The notes under the pieces were generated by a model that was not told the DNA's origin, did not search any database, and saw only the letters and a program-made list of their open reading frames with translations. Positions 57,520-64,000 of a stretch of DNA of 64,000 nucleotides are shown piece by piece. Each line of letters opens with the position of its first letter. The first letter of the stretch is position 1. Source of the stretch: Candidatus Thorarchaeota archaeon (lineage in GTDB: Archaea; Asgardarchaeota; Thorarchaeia; Thorarchaeales; Thorarchaeaceae); assembly GCA_019057475.1 (NCBI GenBank), contig DXJO01000006.1:194327-258326 (forward strand). Reading direction: 5' to 3'. The position numbers and the translations under genes are program-made.

Positions 57520-58125
57520 TTACAGCCTCTCAATCTTAACGACCAAAGATGCGCCGCAATGTGGACACCGCACAGTATTAGGACCAATCCAGTCGACTTC
57601 TTCAGGATTCACGTCCGCACCGCATTTGTGACACGTGGGTGGAATCCTTCGCGTTAGGAGCACCTCACGCTCGATTACCTCGCGCTCAATGACCGTTTCC
57701 GAGCCCCATCCCCTTGGAAATTGCGGTGGTTGGATATAGGATTCGTCGAATAAAGGAATGCCTTCCACGTTCTGCGTGCTCTTGAATTTTCGTCTGCTTA
57801 CCAAATACATGATTGGTGCGCCTGCAACTATGTAGACGAGGCCGAGCAAAGTAAGCCAAGTCGCTAGAAAGGGGTTTCCATCAAAGGGGTTTGAAAACCA
57901 GCTGCCTTGAAAGATGATAGCTAGACCAGCGGCCACCATCAAGAAGCCAGCTACGCAGGAGGGGAACAACAACGGATTTGGCTTGGTCTTGAGTATTGAA
58001 ATCGGGAGACCTACAGCTAGAATCGTAACTCCTGCCAGTTGCATGATTATCCCAAACCCACTGAGGACAATATTAGCCATAGATCCGATAACAATAAGAA
58101 AGAAACCAAACATCAAGACAATCAT
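57520..58125 (-). CDS. Membrane protein with C-terminal zinc ribbon
   Basis: Four TM helices, then CHKCG...CPHCG. Confidence 0.8.
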   Translation of the reverse strand: MIVLMFGFFLIVIGSMANIVLSGFGIIMQLAGVTILAVGLPISILKTKPNPLLFPSCVAGFLMVAAGLAIIFQGSWFSNPFDGNPFLATWLTLLGLVYIVAGAPIMYLVSRRKFKSTQNVEGIPLFDESYIQPPQFPRGWGSETVIEREVIEREVLLTRRIPPTCHKCGADVNPEEVDWIGPNTVRCPHCGASLVVKIERL

Positions 58126-58253
58126 GGGCTTGGATGGGGAGCTTTGGACAAGCGTTATCTGTTACGACTTCCATCTGGTCGACAGCGGTTCCGCATTTAA
58201 TCTGTTCGCAACTACTGCGGCAATGTGCGATCTATTAATAGTAAAGGGGCTTT

Positions 58254-58712
58254 TCAGTTCACGGAGTTCAGGAGCTTCTCTATCAGCATGTCATAATCGT
58301 TGATAGATCTCAGACCTGGAAGGTTTCCCACTGGTTTTCCATTCTTGAACGCAAAGACCATCGGGACAGATTGAATGCCGAACTGCGTCGATGTCCGTCT
58401 GTTACGGTCTATGTCCATCTTGCCAAAGTAGACCTTACCCTTATGGTCAACTGCCAATTCTCGCAGGATAGGAGTTAGAACCTTGCAGGGCTGACACCAT
58501 TCCGCACTGAAGTCCACAAGTGCAGTCTTGGTCTTCCCAACAACCTGCCAGAAGTTGGCATCGGTAAGCTCATTGACAAGCCCGTTAGCAAGAGGCTCAA
58601 GCACCGCAGGTTGTTGTGCCCGCTCCATCATCAGTTGCATCTTTTTGCGCCTGATCTCTGCAAGCTCGTCGTCGTTAAGCATCTCGGCACTATCTCCATT
58701 GCGCTTGTGCAA
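58254..58712 (-). CDS. Thioredoxin with N-terminal charged helix
   Basis: DFSAEWCQPC, SVP cis-Pro loop. Likely start MLNDD. Confidence 0.93.
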   Translation of the reverse strand: MHKRNGDSAEMLNDDELAEIRRKKMQLMMERAQQPAVLEPLANGLVNELTDANFWQVVGKTKTALVDFSAEWCQPCKVLTPILRELAVDHKGKVYFGKMDIDRNRRTSTQFGIQSVPMVFAFKNGKPVGNLPGLRSINDYDMLIEKLLNSVN

Positions 58713-58813
58713 TTGAAATGCACAACCGTTTTAAGCATTGCGATTCGAAGCTCAGTTCGTTCTCTTTAATAGACAGTATGTTAGCGAGCAAGGAAATGAC
58801 TTGGTGAAACTCT

Positions 58814-59761
58814 GTGGCTGAGAGACCCATCACATCATATGCGCTTCTCGTCTTCGCTATGATTGTATGGGGCGGAAGCTGGGTCTCAGCCAAGATTGCT
58901 GTGTCAATTGCTCCACCCCTCACGATAGGGTTCTTCAGATTCTTCTTTGCAACCATTCTGTTCCTGATTTTTATGCCGACCACAGGACATAGTTTGAAAA
59001 AGATGTTTTCGCGCAACAATCTGAAATGGTACATTCTACTTGGCGTCACAGGCATCTTTGGCTACGGCGTGTTCTTCCTCTTTGGCATGGGTTTCACAAC
59101 CGCCGCTCAAGGAGCTCTCATTGCCGGACTTAATCCTGCCTTTGTTAGCATATTTGCACATATCATCCACAGGGAACGGCTCGCCCAGAAGTGGCGGTAC
59201 AGTGGTTTTCTCTTGGCATTTCTTGGAATCATTTTGGTTATAGGGATCCAGGTGTTACTCGACTTCCGCATCGAGTACCTTGTGGGAAACCTGTTGATTG
59301 TCTGTGCAATGCTGGTTTGGGATCTCTACTCCTCTATTGGAAAAGCAGCGATGAAATCCATTTCGTCCATGGAAGCTACTGCAGGAGGTGTGTTTGTAGG
59401 AACAATCCTATTCGGCATCGGTGCAGTGGCGGAGGGCTTTTGGGCACTTCCTGCCATGTACGACTGGATATTCTGGGCAAATACGCTCTTTCTCGGAATT
59501 TTCGTAACATTCCTGGGGTTCCTATTCTACTTCGATGCAATCAACAAACTAGGAGCCACAAGAACGGGAGTATTCATCAACCTCGTCCCGATTTTCGGCG
59601 TTTTTCTTTCTATGCTGATACTAAACGAGATTATTCATTGGACATTCTTTATTGGCCTTGCTCTGGTGATAATCGGTATTGTCATCATTAACGGTGGAAT
59701 CGCAAGGGTTGATATCCCGCAACAGGCAAGCAAACAAACAATTTCTTCTCCGGAAGAATGA
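58814..59761 (+). CDS. EamA/DMT family transporter
   Basis: IVWGGSW, two EamA repeats, FINLVPIFG...LNE. Confidence 0.93.
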   Translation: MAERPITSYALLVFAMIVWGGSWVSAKIAVSIAPPLTIGFFRFFFATILFLIFMPTTGHSLKKMFSRNNLKWYILLGVTGIFGYGVFFLFGMGFTTAAQGALIAGLNPAFVSIFAHIIHRERLAQKWRYSGFLLAFLGIILVIGIQVLLDFRIEYLVGNLLIVCAMLVWDLYSSIGKAAMKSISSMEATAGGVFVGTILFGIGAVAEGFWALPAMYDWIFWANTLFLGIFVTFLGFLFYFDAINKLGATRTGVFINLVPIFGVFLSMLILNEIIHWTFFIGLALVIIGIVIINGGIARVDIPQQASKQTISSPEE

Positions 59762-59826
59762 TAACACTGCTAGGAGCCGAAAACCAAGGGCAATGGCTCA
59801 ACTCTGTTGAATTGTGGTGTTGAAAG

Positions 59827-61344
59827 ATGGATGCTTATGATGAACTAATGACCAAGGCGAAAGAAATCACCCATTTGCGATTAATCGCAGGCGTCGCTCA
59901 TTGGGACCTTGAAACCTATATGCCTCCAAAGGGCGTGATGCAGAGAAGTGAACAACTTGCAGCTATGAGCAAGCACATACACAGAATGTTCACCAGTCCA
60001 GAGGTCGGGAAGCTACTTGGTGAAGCCGAAAAGGTATCTTCACTGAACGAGGTCAAAAAGCGGAATCTATTCCTAGTCCGTATCAAATACGACGAGCAAA
60101 CGAAGGTCCCGGGGGAGCTTGTGGCCAAACTGGCTAAACAGCGGGCGCTTACCACAAACACCTGGAAGAAGGCAAAAGCCAAACAAGATTGGAAAATGTT
60201 CGAGCCGGACCTTCAGAAGCTTGTTGACCTATCGCGAGAGAAAACCGAGATCATCATGAAGGTCAAGGGAACCAAGACGCTCTACGATACGCTCTTGGAT
60301 GACTACGAGAGAGGAATGACTGCTAGCATGGTTTCGAAAGTTTTCAAGGAACTAAGAAACAGTCTAGTGCCCCTGACTGAGAAATGTGCGGAGGCCTCCA
60401 AAAACGTAGATCCAAGCCTACTGAGGAAGACAGTACCAATCGATGCACAGAGGAAGATAGCAACCGATCTTGCAACATTGATTGGCTACGACACAACATC
60501 TGATGAGGCGGGGGGCCGCATCGATGAAACCGAGCATCCTTTCACCACAGGCTACTACGATGACGTTAGAATCACGGTGAAGTATCACGAAGATAATGCT
60601 GGTTCAATGGTCTTCGCCATTCTTCACGAAGGCGGTCATGCCTTATACGAGCAGAATCTGAATCCCGACTGGAAATTCCAGCCCGTGGGAAATGCAGCTA
60701 GCTACGGAATTCATGAGTCAATGTCACGGTTCGTCGAAAACATGGTAGGAAGGTCTCCTGAGTTCTGGCAATTCTATCTACCAAGGCTGAACGAACTCAC
60801 TAACGGTGCTTTCTCTGGAATCCCGCTCGATCAATTCGTGAAGACTACGAACCTCGTAACCCCATCAAAGATACGCATTGAAGCAGACGAAGTGACCTAT
60901 TCGCTCCACATCATAATTCGATTCGAGATTGAGCAAGCTCTCTTCGCAGACAAAGTCACAGTATCAGAGCTGCCCAGTCTTTGGAACGAGAAGTACGAGG
61001 AGTATTTGGGATTGGAAATCCAGAATGACTCTGAAGGAGTCCTGCAGGACACTCACTGGGGAAGCGGTCTCTATGGGTACTTCCCGAGCTATGCGTTGGG
61101 CAATGTCTACGATGGTATGTGGCTCGAGAAGCTTGACAAGGATATGCCAGACTGGCTGAACCATGTTTGCGCAGGGGAGATAACCACTATCACCAAGTGG
61201 CTTGCTGAAAACATCCAACATCAAGCATCACTGTATGATCCTGGTGACTTGGCCGAGCGAGTAACCGGCAAGAAGCTCACGGCCAAACCATTCTTGGAGT
61301 ACGTTGAGCAGAAGTACTCGAATCTCTTCGGTTTCCAAATTTAG
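59827..61344 (+). CDS. Carboxypeptidase M32 (Taq/Pfu type)
   Basis: HPF, HEGGHALYEQ, HESMS, IRIEADE, GVLQDTHW, GYFPSYALG. Confidence 0.96.
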   Translation: MDAYDELMTKAKEITHLRLIAGVAHWDLETYMPPKGVMQRSEQLAAMSKHIHRMFTSPEVGKLLGEAEKVSSLNEVKKRNLFLVRIKYDEQTKVPGELVAKLAKQRALTTNTWKKAKAKQDWKMFEPDLQKLVDLSREKTEIIMKVKGTKTLYDTLLDDYERGMTASMVSKVFKELRNSLVPLTEKCAEASKNVDPSLLRKTVPIDAQRKIATDLATLIGYDTTSDEAGGRIDETEHPFTTGYYDDVRITVKYHEDNAGSMVFAILHEGGHALYEQNLNPDWKFQPVGNAASYGIHESMSRFVENMVGRSPEFWQFYLPRLNELTNGAFSGIPLDQFVKTTNLVTPSKIRIEADEVTYSLHIIIRFEIEQALFADKVTVSELPSLWNEKYEEYLGLEIQNDSEGVLQDTHWGSGLYGYFPSYALGNVYDGMWLEKLDKDMPDWLNHVCAGEITTITKWLAENIQHQASLYDPGDLAERVTGKKLTAKPFLEYVEQKYSNLFGFQI

Positions 61345-61376
61345 GAGAACACGGAGCGAGGAGGAACAGGGTAAGG

Positions 61377-62237
61377 TTGAGAAAAATCACTCTGAATCTT
61401 GAGGAGAAGACATATCTTCCGGGGGATCGAATCGAAGGATTAGTTACTGTTAGTACAGACGAATACTTCGAGTGCAATCGAGTTGTTTTATCAATCAAAG
61501 GACAGGAACGATCGAGAGTTGTAAGGGGAAGTGGAAAATCACGTCGCGTCTATCTGGAAAGAAAACACCATATCGATGAGCAAATCGAACTCGTTGGTTC
61601 TACTGGTATGCAAGCTGGCAAAACCAATTTCCCTTTCAGCTTCGTACTTCCAAGAAACATCCCAGGTAGTTTCCAAGGGACGTACGGCAAGATAGAGTAC
61701 AAGCTGGAAGCGAAAGTCGAGATCTCGTGGGCTACCGACCCTAAGGCCAGGCAGAAGATTACAATTGACATGAAGCAAGAGATGGCGAATGAACAGTCAG
61801 TGTACGAGAATCTTGATGACAACGATGCAAGACTATTGAGCGTTCAATTGCCAAGCGACATGATTCATCTGGGGCAGGACTACCCCATCAAACTGATGGT
61901 CAGCAGTGAAACGAAGATTAGAGGTGTCAGAATAGAGCTAGTGTACCATGAGTTCGTTTCGCCCAGGGGACACAAGGCTACAAGAAAGCAAACACTTGCT
62001 AAGCTGTATTTGGAAGAGCTCGAGTTGCCACGCGAAATGTGGATTGATGCAGCAATCGGTACACAAGGCGAATGGTTGCAGCCCTTCAAATCCGAACTCA
62101 TCGAAACATACTATAAACTGAAAGTGACCCTAGATATCGCGTGGCGTATTGACAAGACGATTTGGATTCCGCTCAAGATAACCCATGAGCTTAACCAGAA
62201 TGATGAAAAAGACCCGTTCGCGTTTGGCTTCTACTAG
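61377..62237 (+). CDS. Arrestin-fold protein (alpha-arrestin/SpoOM-like)
   Basis: YLPGDRIEG.V, IKGQER, FPFSFVLP.NIPGSF.G.YGKIEYKLEA; second sandwich ends Y.LKV.LDI.W..D. Confidence 0.85.
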   Translation: MRKITLNLEEKTYLPGDRIEGLVTVSTDEYFECNRVVLSIKGQERSRVVRGSGKSRRVYLERKHHIDEQIELVGSTGMQAGKTNFPFSFVLPRNIPGSFQGTYGKIEYKLEAKVEISWATDPKARQKITIDMKQEMANEQSVYENLDDNDARLLSVQLPSDMIHLGQDYPIKLMVSSETKIRGVRIELVYHEFVSPRGHKATRKQTLAKLYLEELELPREMWIDAAIGTQGEWLQPFKSELIETYYKLKVTLDIAWRIDKTIWIPLKITHELNQNDEKDPFAFGFY

Positions 62238-62277
62238 GTGGGCTGTCTGCCGAAGCCGTTGAACTAGAAAGTACCCC

Positions 62278-62317
62278 AAAAAGAAAGAGAGAAGGAAGCC
62301 CTGAAACCAAGGCTTCC
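62278..62317 (-). terminator. Orphan hairpin plus pyrimidine tract facing the minus strand
   Basis: ggaagcc (62294-62300) pairs with ggcttcc (62311-62317); followed on the minus strand by TTCTCTCTTTCTTTTT. Confidence 0.5.
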
Positions 62318-62424
62318 AGCTTAGGTATCATTACCGTTCATTGTAAACCTAATAATGGTTTTATACAGTTCACCACAAAGCATAAATAGGAATTCATCGT
62401 ATTTTTTACAAAGGCGAGCTGCCA

Positions 62425-62583
62425 ATGAACACGAACAAGAAATACTACATCAGAACCAAAGGCAAGGAACGTAGAGTGTTCTTTGACTCGAAAACAAGAT
62501 AGTACTACTACAAGCAAGGCAGAGGCAAGGTCTTCCTGTCACAGGACGGACTCTCACGCCTCTACTACAGGGAGGCACACTAA
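62425..62583 (+). pseudogene. Small basic/aromatic ORF with in-frame TAG at 62500-62502
   Basis: MNTNKKYYIRTKGKERRVFFDSKTR*YYYKQGRGKVFLSQDGLSRLYYREAH; its TAA overlaps the next ATG (TAATG). Confidence 0.5.
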
Positions 62584-62885
62584 TGACTGTTATGAAGAAA
62601 CGGTTCAAGTGCCGAACATGCGGCAAAGAGTTCGCATATCACAAGGCCTTCCAGAAGCACAGAAAGGCACACACGAAGGAGGAGATGATGAGTCGCAGAA
62701 AGGCACAAGGTCTGATCTGCGGCGCATACTCAAAATATTGGAAGGATATCAAGCAGTGTTCTATCTGGGGTCCAAGGACCATCCATACTTCTACTCCGAT
62801 TTGGGAGCCTGATACTATTTGCACTCTGGCATTCTGCCAACATGTGAAGGGCGAACCCAAAAATTTTCACGAGGAGGAACATTGA
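62583..62885 (+). CDS. Classical C2H2 zinc-finger protein
   Basis: FKCRTCGKEFAYHKAFQKHRKAHT; abuts the integrase start. Confidence 0.75.
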   Translation: MTVMKKRFKCRTCGKEFAYHKAFQKHRKAHTKEEMMSRRKAQGLICGAYSKYWKDIKQCSIWGPRTIHTSTPIWEPDTICTLAFCQHVKGEPKNFHEEEH

Positions 62886-64000
62886 ATGAAAAAACTGCGA
62901 AAAGAATACCGTGAATATCTGGACAAGAAGACAAAATTGAAACCAACGACAAGGAAGGACCAAGAGATAATCTTGAGGAACTTCCCGCCGATTGGAAGAC
63001 TGAATGCCGCTTATTTCCGGTCTCTTATGAGAGAGAAAAAAGATTCGGGAGAAGAGAAGTATTCAGCTTTCACAATCTGGAAGCGCTACGGATTGGCCAA
63101 GAGGGTCTTGGAGTCTCATGGGATTGAACACGACTTGGACACACTGAAGAAAGACGACCTGCCAAGTCTGCATGACAAAGAACCCGTGACCCAGAAAGAC
63201 TTGTACACATCTGATGAGTTGAAGCGGATGTTCGCCGCCTGCAAGAACAGTCGGGACCGTGCACTACTTGAGATGTTATACGAGTCTGCGGCAAGGGCAA
63301 GCGAATTGATTTCCTTGCAGGTTGAAGACATTAAATTCGGTAATGACCCCAACAACGGGCCACACTACAGTATAACAGTCGTCGGCAAGACCGGCACTCG
63401 GACCATTCCGATGGGTCACAGCGTCGTTGCATTACGGGCTTTGTTGAATGTGCATCCTTTATTGAAAGACAAATCAAAGGATGACTACAAAGGACCACTC
63501 TTTGTCTCTGCCACTGGGTCACATCGCCAGATAATACGCAGTCACTTGTATTTGATCGTAAAAGCCGCACTGGAGGACGCAGGCATAACGGGCAAGAGGA
63601 AAATCGTCCATATGTTTCGCCACACCAGAGCCACCGAATTAGTCAACCGTGGAGTGCGTGGACCACTACTGTGTAAATTCATGGGGTGGAGCTTGAAATC
63701 AAACATGGAACAAGTCTACGTGCACCTATCGACGAGTGACATCGAAAACGAGATGGCCGAAAAGGTCTATGGCCGCCAAGTCGTTGAGAGGAGAGGCCAG
63801 ATGGTCGAGGCCAAGTCGTGCCCTTCGTGTTCGCAAGACGGGATGGATATGGCGGCAGTGTTTTGTTCTGCGTGCGGATTCCCATTAACAAAGAACGGTG
63901 TGCGACTTGCCGAAGAAAGAACTGACGACTTGGAAGCAAGAATATCGAGCTTGGAGAATTTGATACGTGACGTGGCTAACGGCAAGGTGCCAGTCGATGA
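62886..64000 (+). CDS. Tyrosine recombinase/integrase with C-terminal zinc ribbon (3' end outside the window)
   Basis: Manual translation from ATG 62886 is open to the window end: RDRALLEMLYESAARASE, GKTG, HMFRHTRAT, FMGW, QVYVHL, CPSC...FCSACG. Confidence 0.95.
   Translation, partial: MKKLRKEYREYLDKKTKLKPTTRKDQEIILRNFPPIGRLNAAYFRSLMREKKDSGEEKYSAFTIWKRYGLAKRVLESHGIEHDLDTLKKDDLPSLHDKEPVTQKDLYTSDELKRMFAACKNSRDRALLEMLYESAARASELISLQVEDIKFGNDPNNGPHYSITVVGKTGTRTIPMGHSVVALRALLNVHPLLKDKSKDDYKGPLFVSATGSHRQIIRSHLYLIVKAALEDAGITGKRKIVHMFRHTRATELVNRGVRGPLLCKFMGWSLKSNMEQVYVHLSTSDIENEMAEKVYGRQVVERRGQMVEAKSCPSCSQDGMDMAAVFCSACGFPLTKNGVRLAEERTDDLEARISSLENLIRDVANGKVPVD

Larger units (their letters stand above)
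62320..64000 (+). mobile_element. Left part of a putative integrated element (provirus/plasmid-like)
   Basis: Integrase preceded by coupled small orphan ORFs and an AT-rich spacer; att sites not identified. Confidence 0.55.

Noticed and set aside
1-64000. Genome-wide TAG reassignment
   Set aside because: Many complete genes end in TAG at their expected C-termini (for example 11..1018, 17556..18872, 56647..57510, 59827..61344).

Overview
This is a 64 kb window of an archaeal chromosome, most likely an Asgard archaeon (Thorarchaeia-like). The assignment is inferred from a Rab-like small GTPase without a prenylation tail, two longin-domain proteins, an arrestin-fold protein, a geranylgeranyl reductase and several large membrane-anchored beta-helix/Ig surface proteins. 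Main blocks: (i) 1-5.4 kb, a CstA transporter with two paralogous ~100-aa partner proteins, an ArsA/GET3-family ATPase, a PsbP/Mog1-like protein and a CCDC47/DUF1682-like membrane protein; (ii) 6-36.7 kb and 52.6-56.1 kb, five modular surface proteins including a 2652-aa gingipain-type (C25) protease, plus an extracellular nuclease and transport/metabolic genes (pfkA, corA, fetAB, pcp); (iii) 36.8-49.8 kb, a signalling region with two longin/winged-helix proteins resembling NPRL2/NPRL3, a Rab-like GTPase, three stand-alone receiver proteins, a TPR protein, a GNAT pseudogene, a truncated histidine kinase and a ~1 kb AT-rich gene-free gap; (iv) peptidases (M3B, M32, isoaspartyl peptidase), thioredoxin and an arrestin-like gene; (v) from ~62.4 kb, the start of a probable integrated element carrying a classical C2H2 zinc finger gene and a tyrosine integrase that the ORF track missed because it runs off the window. 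No rRNA, tRNA or CRISPR array was seen. All family calls come from motif recognition by eye; no database search was run.
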